DNA of 64,000 nucleotides from the human T2T-CHM13v2.0 reference genome, Homo sapiens, in NCBI RefSeq assembly GCF_009914755.1, contig NC_060930.1; one strand, written 5' to 3'. Each line of letters opens with the position of its first letter. Position 1 is the stretch's first letter. Positions 13,379 to 26,331 of the stretch are shown piece by piece. Both the position numbers and the translations under genes were made by a program. The notes beneath the pieces are model-generated. The model saw only the letters and a program-made list of their open reading frames with translations, was not told where the DNA came from and did not search any database.

Positions 13379-14213
13379 TGTTATGGACTGAATTGTGTCC
13401 CACAAGATATGTATTGATGTTCTAACCTCAAAGAAGGTCCCATTGTGATATACGTACCAGATACATATCATGTATATATGTATGTGTGTGTGTAAGCATA
13501 TATACACACTATAATTACTCTCTATATACATAATATATAAACATACATATATAATGCATGCATACATATACACACAATACATATATATGTTTGCATTACA
13601 TATGTATGTATCTGGTACATATACACACTATATATGTATGTATGCATTTTATATGTATGTGCATATATATTCTGTATATAGAGAAGAATGTATAGTGTAT
13701 ATATGCTTACATACACATATATACATCTGATATGTATCTGGTACGTATATCACAATGTGACCTTTGAGGTTAGGACACCAATACATATCTTGTAGGATAT
13801 TGTGTGTATATGCATGTATGCATTATACATGTATGTGTGTGTGTGTGTGTGTGTGTGTATAGTGTGTGTGTGTGTGTGTGTGTATACATATATATATATC
13901 AGAATGTGAACTTATTTGGAAATATGGTCATTGTAGATGTGATAAGTTAATTTATAATGAGGTTATAGTAGAATAGGGTGGCCTCTTAATCCAATATGCA
14001 TAGTGTCAGAAGAGAAGACACATGGACACATGATGGGAGAATAATTCATGATGAGAGCAGAAATTGAAGTGCTGCAGCTTCAAGCCAAAGAATGGCAAAG
14101 ATTTCCAGCAAACCACCAGAGGCTAGAAGACAGAAGGGAGGATTCTCCTCTATAGGTTTTACAAGCAGCATATCTTTGATGACATCTTTATTCTGGACTT
14201 CTAGATTCCAGAA
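13379..14213 (+). mobile_element. MLT1C-like MaLR LTR interrupted by an inverted duplication and microsatellite
   Basis: TGTTATGGACTGAATTGTGTCCC start; resumes at about 13899 with TCAGAATGTGAACTTATTTGGAAAT..CAGCAAACCACCAGAGGCTAG. Confidence 0.8.
13398..13797. repeat. Imperfect inverted repeat, arms about 170 bp
   Basis: 13398-13570 is the reverse complement of 13630-13797 (for example ATTGTGATATACGTACCAGATACATATCA versus TGATATGTATCTGGTACGTATATCACAAT). Confidence 0.92.
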
Positions 14214-14523
14214 TTTCCCTATGATCCAGGTCCCTAACAACCTGTTTCTTATTTTTTTGTTCTGTCCTAATAACAAAACGGGATTTTTTTTCTAAAAAGT
14301 AAATTTAATTTTATGGACACTTTGACATACCTGGTGATAAAACATATGTTACCTTTATTTTTTACAGATATCAGAATTTTGTTTTAACATACACTGGCCC
14401 TTTTAATAGAGTTATCCTGTCTGTGTTATATTGCTTTCTCTGAGGAAACACGTCTGTATTTGGCTATTAAAGCCAACAACCTGAAAAAAATATGTTATTT
14501 GGCTTTGTGTGTGTAATGGATCC

Positions 14524-14803
14524 TGTGATGGTTAATTTTATATATCATCCTGGCTAGCCTATGGTGCCCAGTGTTTGGTCAAATCCAAGTCTAGTTGTTG
14601 CTGTAAAGATATTTTTAGATGTGATTAATATTTACACACAGTAGAATCTGAGTAAAGCAGAAGCAGATTATTCTTCATAATGTGTATATATTTACATGCA
14701 TAGCAGATATGGGTATATGTGTATTTGTATATATGTGCACACACACAACATATATAGTATAGAAATATACATAGTGTTTCACTGGAGAACCATGAATAAT
14801 GCA
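14524..14803 (+). mobile_element. MLT2 (ERVL) LTR with internal deletion
   Basis: TGTGATGGTTAATTTTAT start and CTGGAGAACCATGAATAATGCA end; near-TSD GATCC/GAACC. Confidence 0.75.
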
Positions 14804-15395
14804 GAACCCAAGTGATAAGTTCATATTCTTCAAATGCAGAGTAAGAAAGAGAGCTGGGACCTGGTAGGAGTGATGCTAGCATAGCCATGAGACAAAACCG
14901 TAAAAGAACAGAAACGTAGGGTATCCTCAAAGAGCAGAATATCTGAATTCAATAGCTTTCTGGGGGTGGTTTTACTGATCCTCATTAGGATCTCACACAA
15001 ATCTCTAACCTGAGGGATGTATAAAATGTGTGGTGAGAAAAGGTTTGAAAGTATGATCAAATGAGATGAAAGCAAGAGTTTTAAACATAACGTGGCATCC
15101 TACAGTAGCCAATTAATTACTATATAATATATATTTGGGAGAACACTTGGGGCTATGAAGGTCAATATGGGTAGTGTTTTATTTGATCTTTTTCCATCTT
15201 TATAATGTGAGTAATTTTGTTTGAAGTTGGGAAAATGTCAAGAAGTAGTTATTTTACAGAAAAAGATACAGGCCCACATTTAATGTAATTGAATGTAATT
15301 CTGTCACCTGTACTTATTATAATAAATAATACTATTTATTTTCTTTTATATTTTGTTCCATTGAACTGTAAAATATTATTCCACACACTCACATA

Positions 15396-15397
<2 letters not shown>

Positions 15398-15427
<30 letters not shown>
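15398..15427. repeat. (CA)n microsatellite
   Basis: About 15 CA units. Confidence 0.95.
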
Positions 15428-15430
<3 letters not shown>

Positions 15431-16153
15431 GTAGGCTCCACGATGGCAAAATGGTAAAGGAATTCCTATACTGACGAAGTTTAGAATATACCAGGAGAAG
15501 TAAGACCCTGGAGGGACAAAGATCATGACCTTAGAAATATCTGAAAATTTTCAGATGTGATACATATCATTTTTTATCAGCAAGGCTGTTCTTTACCTCC
15601 ATCACTACCTCCTTTGCTTCTGTAGTTCTTAACCCATGCCTCTTCACCATAGAACGTATCACATTGTTTACGGATAATGTTTCCAAGAGTGTTTACCTAT
15701 TGACTTTACCTCCTACTTGACCATCAACTCTGTAAAGGCAACACTGTAGGACATCAATAGCTCTTACTCATCTGTGTGCTGTCTCCCTTCCTAGCTCCCA
15801 AGGGGTTGTCTAAAGTGATTGTACTGCTAGTGAGCAAAAGCATAAATTGAAGAGTTAATGAATTCCAGAACAAAGGAATGTCTGCAGTCAAGGAAACATG
15901 TAAAGAATGTATGGTTAAAAGAGCATTTCTCAGTTTAAAATATGGCAATGATTAAAAGATATTAAGGGCAGCCATTTAGTAGGTGGACTGATTCCATTGT
16001 GCCATGTTATAGAATGGCTTTCAAAACTATCTTACCATTGAGTCTCTGCAATGAATAGGTGAGTAACATGAGCCATTGGCTAAAACACTTTCCTGACTCT
16101 CTCATCTCCCATCTTTTCTCATATAAATACTATGGAGATAACAATATTTCTAA

Positions 16154-16979
<826 letters not shown>

Positions 16980-17734
16980 ACTACAGAAGGAGAGTATATA
17001 GGTTTTTAAATTTTTCACTTAGTTTCTGTACATTGTTACTGAATCACATATTAAGCCACAAATGCACTTGTTTTGGTGCATAGTCCATTTGTTCTTTAAG
17101 CTATATACATGAGAAAAAGTAAAAACTGTGAGGTTGAAGAAATATGGAGTAATTGCTTTTGTTATTCTAAGCCAAATAGAATTTTTGCAAAATTATATCT
17201 TAATTTGACCATCTGAAAAGCTGAAATACAAGAAATAATTATTAAACTTGTATAATACATTTAAAGCCACAACATGCAGGGTCCTTACCAAAGAAAATAG
17301 AAAAGTAAAGTAACTAATATTAACATTTACCTCCATTTTCCTCCTCCACTGTGACAGAAAATCTATTTTAGCGTGGTTATACCAAAAGAGCTATAGAATC
17401 TAACAAAATAAGTTATTGAATCCCCAGGGGAAAAAATCTTATGAGACTATACACAGATAATTATCCAGTGACTAAAGTTTATTCAATAAGATGCTGGTTT
17501 CTCTTCCCTAAGGCACAGATAAAATATACTAACATTTACAAACTGAGTCCAAAAATGTTAAACATTAAGTTTCTTAGAAAATACAGCTAGCTAGCTAGCT
17601 AGATATACATACATACATACATACATAGACTACACACACAAAAAATAGCTTCTGAAATGCAATCTGTATTCAATTATTCTGTCCATTTGATTTTTGTAAC
17701 TTAGAACCACATGGGAGAAAATACTGAAATGAGA

Positions 17735-17880
17735 AGTATCATGGAGTAATGGAGAAAGAGGTGATTTGTAGTTATATAGACACCAATGCCTGTCTCAAAC
17801 CCATTTCTGCTCTTTTCCAACTGTGTGACCACTTAAGGCACTGATTCTCACTTCACTAATGTGAGAAATAAAAAAGAAAC
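17735..17880 (+). mobile_element. MIR fragment
   Basis: CAAACCC..TCTGC..CAACTGTGTGACC core-like motif. Confidence 0.4.
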
Positions 17881-18039
17881 ATATAAAAGTAAGAACACTT
17901 AGCATTAGGATTTAGACATTCAATTTTAGGTCTTCTTTTCTAATTATAGTGTTTTTATTTTTCAATCAATAATATGAGCAGTTGAAGTTTTCTCTACTCT
18001 AACCCACACCCACATAAATAATCTAAGATATGGTAAGAG

Positions 18040-18440
18040 GATTGAAGACATAAGGAAAGAGATTTAATAAAGAATTTTTGATATTGGATAGTTGACAACT
18101 TTCAAGTAGCACTTCCCCCTTCACTTCTGTCCCACATCTGGACAAACTGGATAAAAAGTTATTGGTGCTCCCTTCTTTGGCAATATAGAGAAGCTCAAAC
18201 CATGTAAACTCAGTCATGTTTGTGGGAACCCTCACCTAACCATGATACAACCCTAAGCTATTGCCCCTTTTTATTTTCTTTCTCTTTCAAGCCATTTTGG
18301 GACCAGCCTGAGAGCATACTCTGCTCTACCCAGAAAGCTCAGTAAGTAATTAATAGACCTCTGATACCTTCTTTGTTTGTGTATGATATCATCAGTCCCA
18401 ACATTTAAACTATATTATGGGTAGAAGGGTTTATGCCACA
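18040..18440 (+). mobile_element. ERVL-group LTR 3' half (MER73/MER54-like)
   Basis: CCCACATCTGGACAA..GGTGCTCCCTTCTTTGG..TCAAGCCATTTTGGGACC..CATCAGTC motifs, followed by primer-binding-site-like ATTGACACAATGAGCAGG. Confidence 0.55.
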
Positions 18441-19243
18441 GCAATTGACACAATGAGCAGGGTGTCTGCCGTGTGACCACCACCACCACTGGAAGTCTTT
18501 CTTCCTCAGCTTTGGCTTTCTAACTGGCTCTGCTGCCTGATGGTTAGCCTGTGCTTTGAGATGTTACCTGTTGACAAACTTATAGCTTTTTCTGTACTGC
18601 ATTTTCTGAGTTTTATCGAACCTCTGTTACAGATTTGGTCAACTTATGTCAAAAGTTTCAAACACTTGTGAATAGAAATATGCAATTGGGGCTTTCTTTA
18701 AAGTGGCATTGGGTTGCATGTCTCACTCCACACCTATCTGTGTATTTTACATTGAATCATTAATCTCAATTCTAACATAAGCTCTGCCTGACACTATGCT
18801 CAGTAGAACAACTCTTACCCTGTAACTGCTGGTTTTGTATATCACACCTAGCATTGACTCCAATCTATTGAGTTTCAAGGGCAAGACTAATACCCTGTGA
18901 AACATATGGGATGAACGGGTGGTAGCTTGTGTGGAGGAAGGGTAGCCATCTCATGACATGCAGTGGTCACACTCCTAAGGGTAGAGGGCTCACCAGGACC
19001 CTACAAAATGTCTTTGCTGATGGTACTACCTATATCTATATTGCAACAAAGATCTAGATCCTCATCATTACAGGGAAAAACCCACAAGCTTGATTTAAAC
19101 TTAGGATCCTTAAACCCAGTGAAGTAACAATTGCCATGGAAAGGTCCCTAATCTTGATGATACTAATTTGTGACTCTGGAGGAAGAAACTTGTAAATATG
19201 AACAAGGAAATTAGGACTATACACCCAGAGTATATCCAGTAAC

Positions 19244-19562
19244 AAGAAAGAGAAAGAGAGAAAGAAAGAAAGAAACAAAGAAAGAAAGAAGAGAAAGAGA
19301 AAGAAAGAAAAAAGAAAAGAAAGAAAGGAGAAAGAAAGAAAGAAAAAAGAAAGGAAGGAAGGAAGGAAGGAAAGAGAGAGAAAAAGAAGAAGAAAAAAGA
19401 GAGAAAGAAAAAAGAAAGGAAAGAAAGAAAAAGAGAGAAAGAAGAGAGATAAAAAGAAAGAAGAAAGAAAGAAAAAAGAGGAGGAAAGAAAAAGAAAGGA
19501 AGAAAGAAGAAAAAAGGAAGGGAGGGAGGGAGGAAGGAAGGAGGGGAGGAAGGAAGGAAAAA
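19244..19562. repeat. Polypurine (GAAA/GGAA/GA)n low-complexity tract
   Basis: About 320 bp of A/G only, except C19276 and T19450. Confidence 0.95.
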
Positions 19563-19703
19563 CAAACCCTGGACACTAGGTGAGGAAAAAACAAACAAAA
19601 TGTCTAAAAAAAGTTTCCATAATTTGACCCAATTAGATATTGTATATTTACTAAAATAATTCTATAATAAAAAGATAAAAAGGCACTAAGTAGATTTTGC
19701 ACC

Positions 19704-20122
19704 CGTGAAAGGATGATAATATCTTGTGACTGTGATGCCAAACTCACTATGCCAAAGAAAAAAGTCAAGCTTGGAAATTGTCATGCGAAAAACTGCCTTT
19801 CCCTTTGTTCCAAACAGATAGCTGCAAAATAAAAAGCCACATATCTCCCCAGGTGGCCTCCCTCAACCTGAGGATGTAAATTAACAACTGGTGCAGGACA
19901 AGACTACAAATCATCCCTCTGCTCACTCCAACACAAATGCATATTTGACTTCTTCCTCTATTTTCTGTTAACTTTTCACACTTTGGAAACAGTGTGGGCT
20001 ACAGATCTTTCGGTGACTTGACAGCAAGACCTTTTTCCCAAGTGGTTTCTCAACCTTGGCAAAATAAATTTCTAAATTGGTTAATTGGTTGAGACCTGTC
20101 TCAGGCACTTTTTTGGTTTACA
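19704..20122 (+). mobile_element. MER4B/D-type solo LTR, internally deleted
   Basis: (C)GTGAAAGGA..CAAACTCACTATGCCAAAG..AAGTCAAGCT start; CCTTGGCAAAATAAA..GAGACCTGTCTCAG..GGTTTACA end; TSD CACC on both sides. Confidence 0.8.
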
Positions 20123-20144
20123 CACCTCTACAATGTAAGTTCTG

Positions 20145-20461
<317 letters not shown>

Positions 20462-21206
20462 CTCTACAATATAAGTTCTGAATCAACATTAACATCTACT
20501 GAGATGTACCAACTAGCAGACCTCCATGGCCTTAATCAATACAGCGTCTCAAATTACATTTATGCCTGGGAATCTCTCTAAATATAAATAAGGTACCCCT
20601 TATACTTTTAGATTAATTGCCGAATATAAAATAAAAGACAAATAGTTATGCTTCACTTTATCCTCTGAGCTTTGCTTTGCCTAACTTTCCTATTCTCATA
20701 CCCTGAAATATCCTTAGTGAGCGTGGGTGCTCTCAAGTAATTAATAAGCAATAAAAATTAAGTCATTGGCACTTAAAAGTGACTTGACAAAACAGATCAA
20801 ATGTCCCTGCCCCTTCACACCAGTTAAAATAGTTAACCTATTCTCGTAAATTCCTCTCATGTCTCTTGGACCCCAGCCATAATTACTAATTTGTTTATGA
20901 TATTCTGATGCAAGAAACTTTCTTCCTTAACCCCGTGTTATATGTTGTTACAGCAGCAATTGCTGGACATATACTGGGCTTTCCTGAATACAGAGGCTCT
21001 GATATCCTGAGCCTATGATTCCCTGTACTGAATTGCTCATTTGCTTTTGTTGGAGAAACAGCATCCCACAAGGAGTACAGGTGGCCACCCAGGCCTTTTT
21101 GCTGTAACAGAAATTGTAGCTACAGAACACCTATAGCACTTCTGGCATTTCCCACCTGAAGGAGGTAATGGTCCCCCCAAACTCAGTCCTTTGCCAGATG
21201 CCATGA

Positions 21207-21640
21207 TGCCAGAAATACTGGAAACAGAGCAATTCTACCTTGAATAGGGGCTGGGGAAAATGAGGCTGAGACCTGCTGGGCTGCATTCCCAGGAGGTTAA
21301 AACATTCTTAGTCACAGGATGAGATGGGAGGTCTGCACAAGATGCAGGTTACAGAGACCTTGCTGATAAAACAGGATGTGGTAAAGAAGCCAGCCAAAAC
21401 CCACAAAAACCAAGATGGCAACACACGTGACCTCAGCAAAACCAAGATGGTGACACAAGTTGTCCTCACTGCTCATTATATGCTAATTATAGTGCATTAG
21501 CATGCTAAAAGACACTCCCACCAATGCCATGACAGTTTACAAATGCCATGGCAGTGTCAGGAAGTTACCCTATATAGTCTAAAAAGGAAAGGAACCCTCA
21601 TTTCTGGGGAATCCCTGCCCCTTTCACAGAAAGCTTACAT
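21207..21640 (+). mobile_element. MER41B LTR, 3'-truncated
   Basis: TTGAATAGGGGCTGG..GCTGCATTCCCAGGAGGTTA..AAAACCAAGATGG..GACACTCCCACCA..CAGGAAGTTACCCTATAT; stops just after the GAS-motif region. Confidence 0.88.
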
Positions 21641-21917
21641 ACAGGGCACTCCTGGATGGTGACAGGATAGCCCTAGAGATACACATTGTCACCCATCTAT
21701 AAGCTACTTTTAAGCTAATTTTTAGTCTCTTTGACTACTGTGTTTGAGTGATGAAAATGTTTTCTTTGGTATGTTCCCAGACTCTGGGATGTTTGGGTTC
21801 TCAGGGATACCTGCTCCTCATCTGGGCACCATGGCCTTGACTCATTTCCCAGCATTCAGTGTTCAAGCAGCTGTTGCATATTCCTAAGTAATCTGGTGGG
21901 GTACTTGTCAGATTACA
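21641..21917 (-). mobile_element. ERVL-group LTR 5' half (MER73/MER54-like)
   Basis: Reverse complement TGTAATCTGACAAGTACCCCACCAGATTACTTAGG..AAGGCCATGGTGCCCAG..GAGCAGG..CCCTGAGAACCCAAACATCCCAGAG. Confidence 0.55.
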
Positions 21918-23088
21918 ACATGAAGCTTGGGATTTTCCCAGGAGATGCTGTCTTTTTTTCTCTTCGTGGTGGTCTATAGCATTACAATATGTTTGATAAG
22001 AAAAAAATGGACTTTCCAGAAAGAAAATATTCTAAGCCTTTGACAAATTTTGAGTATACAGATCTTTTCTGTTGTAAAATTACATGTTCAATAAAATTAA
22101 GAGTTTAGATTTCCAAGAATTGACATAATTGTGGTCTCTGATTTAACAGATATTTGCTTAGTTTACAAGATTTTCTCATATTATTTTTTAATTTTTTCAC
22201 TTGTTTACATTTTATTCTCCCATCTATGCATCGATTTTCTAACAAAAATAGTGATATATTAAAGGGATCATTTTCTTCCTTTATAATACCTCATTTATGT
22301 TTGTAATTCCAGAATCTCACATACTGCAAATATTGTATAGAGTTGCTTACTGATTTATATGTATCTTTTTTTAGATTATCATGCCAATGTGAGGGACTGG
22401 GGAGATACCTCCTTAGTCTGTGAAATAATTTCTCTATTCATTCTGAAAGTTATCTTCCCCTATTAGATCCCTTAAGTTTTCAATAACTACTTCCATTCCT
22501 AGACCTGGAATCAGAATTCCTTAATTTTTAATTTAATTATGTGTAGAAATCAATTGATACCACAACTTCTTATAAAATAGAACTCATGTATTTCCTGTTA
22601 TAAGAAAAATAAAGAATTTGTACAAAATTATTTTTGGATCTCACTGAAACAGTCCTAAGCCCTTGGGAATACAGCCAAGATAACTGGTCATCATGGAGAT
22701 TAAAATGCACCAAAGCAAGCCCCATCTTCCTGACTAAAGTACAGCTGGCCCAGAGGCTGACTCAGATTGAGCCAAACGGTATTAATTAATTTTGAGCTTT
22801 TCTGTGCCAGATGATCTCTAAAGTCACATTGTATTCTGAGATTTTGTTTTGAACAAGCTATCTTTTACTTGTCATTAATAATACTTTCAAAGTACTCTAA
22901 TACTATTAAAATATTATTTGTAAAAAATTTCTTAGCTTGAATTATTTCTAAAGATGACTATTCATTTGGATTTTGTTCTGATATCTAGTATCACTGACAA
23001 TAATATTTAGCATCTTAAATAATTAGAAGCTCAATGCAGTCACTTTTGCAATTGAGTGCAATCTTAACATGAAGTTTAAATCAACCCC

Positions 23089-23203
23089 AGCCTTGATGTG
23101 GTGGCTCATGCGTGTAATACCAGCACTTTGGGAGGCCGATGAGAGTGGATTGCTTGAGCCCAGGAGTTCAAGATCAGCCTGGGAAACATAGCGAGACCTT
23201 GAT

Positions 23204-23244
<41 letters not shown>

Positions 23245-23407
23245 TAGCTGAGTATAGTGGTACACACTTGTAGTCCCAGCAATTCAGGAGGCTGAGGCAG
23301 GAGGACTGCTTGAACCCAGCAAGTTGAGGTTGAAATGCACCATAATCATGCCACCCCAGCTTGGGGAACGAAATGAGACCCTGTCTCAAAAAATAAATAA
23401 ACAGAAA
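23089..23407 (+). mobile_element. AluJ with (CA)n replacing the central A-rich linker
   Basis: GGATTGCTTGAGCCCAGGAGTTC (J diagnostic); CA run at about 23205-23241; TSD TAAATCAACCC at 23077 and 23408. Confidence 0.88.
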
Positions 23408-24002
23408 TAAATCAACCCTAGCCTTTCCTCTAAGGAATTTACCTGTTGACAATTTTAATATAGAGATATATTTGTGTATTGTTTGCACTTACTACAATAC
23501 TTAGTATGAGTCAAAAATTCTTCTTCTCCTTACCTTTGCTTTACTTTATAATCCTTTCTCCACATGCCTTCAAATTTAGGTTCTGAACTTTCATCATTTT
23601 GTTCTTTAATATTAACTGACAGGGTATGAACTTTCAAGTGCTGCTTGTATTTCCCCATGTTTACAGCGTAATTATAATTTTGTATTATAAATATTATATC
23701 TATATAATATCTTAAACCCTCTCATCTAAGATAATTTTAGGTATAAATGAGAAAAGTTGATTGCACGTAAGATGGCAGAATAGGAAAACCTGAACCCTTC
23801 TTCTGCCCACATATGATTCAATAATAAATCATGGACAATTTCCTTTTGTGAGGAAATACAGAAACCAGTTGAGAGGCTTCTGCACCTCAGGCAAACAAAA
23901 AACTAGACATGTCAACACCAGTAGGAAAATCTGAGACACCATCTCTCCAGAATCTCCATGCCCAGCATAACACTAAATCAGGAAAAATGCTCCAAGAGCT
24001 CT

Positions 24003-24820
24003 TAGCTTCTCCTTGGGGAGGGAAAGAGTTGGAACAAACATTTGTCACCCCAACTTTTCTGGGGACTTTCCAGAGCACTGACTTTTGTTTTGACATTCAT
24101 GGAGCACTGGTGGGATCCAAAATACTTTAGCCACCTGGAAGACAACAGATACAGCAGTTTCAGATAGCAGTTGCCACAGTCCTTTCCTCCAGCAAGCACA
24201 GAACAAGTGGATAAAAAAAAAAAAATCTCAGTTCTTATGTCTGGCTATGCAAAGAGTTGGTTTGTGCATCCAGTGCCCCACATTTTCTGGAAGCTACCCA
24301 AAGGACTGGCTTCTGTCTTGGAGTGCTAATGGGACCTGACATGATTTAGCCACCTAAGGGCTAATGAGAACAGAGATAGCAATTTGAGCTGACAGTCACT
24401 ACAGCCCTCTTCTTGGCTCAGTACAGTACAAGCAGATTAACAACTTAAACCCCCACCTTCTCTCTGGGGAGGCAAAGAGTTGAACTGAATGCTTAAATCC
24501 CCACATTTTTGAGTTGTTCAAAGGACTGAATTATTTCCTGCTTGCCTCAGAGTGCAAATGGAACCAGGCCACCTAGTCTAGCCACCTGGCAGGCAGTGAG
24601 AACAAAAACAATGATTTGAGCTAGTATGCAACTAGTCACCATAGCTTCTCCTTCCAAGCTCAACACAGACAGAAAACAAGTAAAACAGAAACAAATAACA
24701 AACAAACAAGAAAAGATCCCAGCTTCTCTCTGGAAGGAGAAAGTTGTGGACAAAGCATCTAAAGATCCAACTTTTCTGCAGGCTTCCCAAAGAATTGGTT
24801 TCAGTCGCACTTACCTGGGC
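24003..24820 (+). repeat. Degenerate tandem monomers of about 220-265 bp in the L1 5'UTR
   Basis: AAAGAGTTG at 24023, 24251 and 24474 with a variant at about 24738; TAGCCACCT at 24128, 24347 and 24579. Confidence 0.8.
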
Positions 24821-24825
24821 ACACT

Positions 24826-25763
24826 TGTTGCAGGAAGTCAGGGAACTCGAACGGAGGGACTGGCTGAAGCCACGGCAGAAGAACATAAATTGTGAAGATT
24901 TCATGGACATTTGTTAGTTCCCCAAATTAATACTTTTATAATTTCTTAGACCTGTCTTTACTGCACTCTCTGAACATAAATTATGAAGATTTCATGGACA
25001 TTTATCACTTCCCCAGTAAATACTCTTATAATTTCCTATGCCTGTCTTTAATCTCTTAATTCCGTCATCTTCGTAAGCTGAGGATGTATGTTGCCTCAGG
25101 ACACTGTGATGATTGCGTTAACTGCACAAATTGTTCGCAAAGCATGTGTGTTTGAACAATATGAAATCTGGGCACCTTGAAAAAAGAACAGGATAACAGC
25201 AATGTTCAGGGAACAAGGGAGATAACCATTAGGTCTGACTGCCTGGGAGCCGGGCAGGACATAGTCATATTTCTCTTATTGCCGAAAATGGGTAAGAGAA
25301 ATATTGCTGAATTCTTTCCCTGGTAAAGAGTATTAATAATTAACAGACCTGAGAAAAGAATGCATTCCCAGGGGGAGGCCTCTAAAATGGCCACTCTGGG
25401 AGTGTCTGCCTTATGCAATTGTAGATAGGGATGAAACATGCTATGGTCTCCTGCAGTGCCCCCAGGCTTGCTAGGATTAGGAAATTCCAGCCTGGCAAAT
25501 TTTAGTCAGACTGGTTCTCGTCTCTTGAACCCTGTTTCCTGTTAAGATGTTTATCAATGACAATGCATGCACAGTGGGACATGAAACTTCATCAGCAATT
25601 CTAGTTTCGCCCTGGCCTTGTGACCTTGCCCTGCCCATTTGCCTTGTGATATTTTATTGCCTTTGAAGCATGTGATCTCTGTGACCCACACCCTATTCGT
25701 ACACTCCCTCCCTTTTGAAAATTGCTAATAAAAACTTGCTGGTTCTGCAGCTCAGGGGGCATA
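24826..25763 (+). mobile_element. MER11 (HERV-K HML-8) solo LTR with U5 deletion
   Basis: TGTTGCAGGAAGTCAGGGA start; repeated GAACATAAATT.TGAAGATTTCATGGACATTT; AATAAA at about 25727; TSD CACACT/CACATT. Confidence 0.9.
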
Positions 25764-25988
25764 CACATTGTTGAACCTGGCATACTATAGATGTCTGGGG
25801 GACACTAAAAATAAAGGAAGTAGGTTGGACTATAACAAAGGTTTAAGAGGTCCCAAGAATCTTTCCAAACTGATTAGTAAAAGCCTATTGCATGAGGCCA
25901 TTTTGTGAAGAGAGAGAGATGTCTGCTTTGTCTAATAGGCAGACACCAACAGAGAGAATCAAGAAAAATTTTTAAGAATGGGAAATAT

Positions 25989-26286
25989 GGCCAGGCATGG
26001 TGGCTTACACCTGTAATCTCAGCACTTCAGGAGGCCAAGGCGGGTGGATCACGAGGTTGAGAGATCTAGACCATCCTGGCCAACAAGGTGAAACTCCATC
26101 TCTACTAAAATACAAAAAAAAAAAAAAAAATTAGCTGGGCATGGCAGCATGTGCCTGTAACCCCAGCTACTTGGCAGGCTGAGACAGGAGAATCACTTGA
26201 ACCCAGGAGGCGGAGGTTGCAGTGAGCTGAGATCAACCAGCAGATGCACTGCACTCCAGCCTGGGTGACAGAATGAGACTCTGTCT

Positions 26287-26328
<42 letters not shown>
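25989..26328 (+). mobile_element. AluSc-like Alu with A41 tail
   Basis: GATCACGAGGT..AGAGATC..ACCATCCTGGCCAAC; A17 linker; degenerate TSD TG.GAAATAT. Confidence 0.85.

Positions 26329-26331
<3 letters not shown>

Noticed and set aside
19054-19598. ORFs of 74-162 aa rich in F/S/L
   Set aside because: They are translations of the antisense GA-rich low-complexity tract, not real coding sequence.
24003-25060. Spaced repeats as a CRISPR-like array
   Set aside because: The units are long and degenerate and belong to an L1 5'UTR and a MER11 LTR; the context is eukaryotic with no cas genes.
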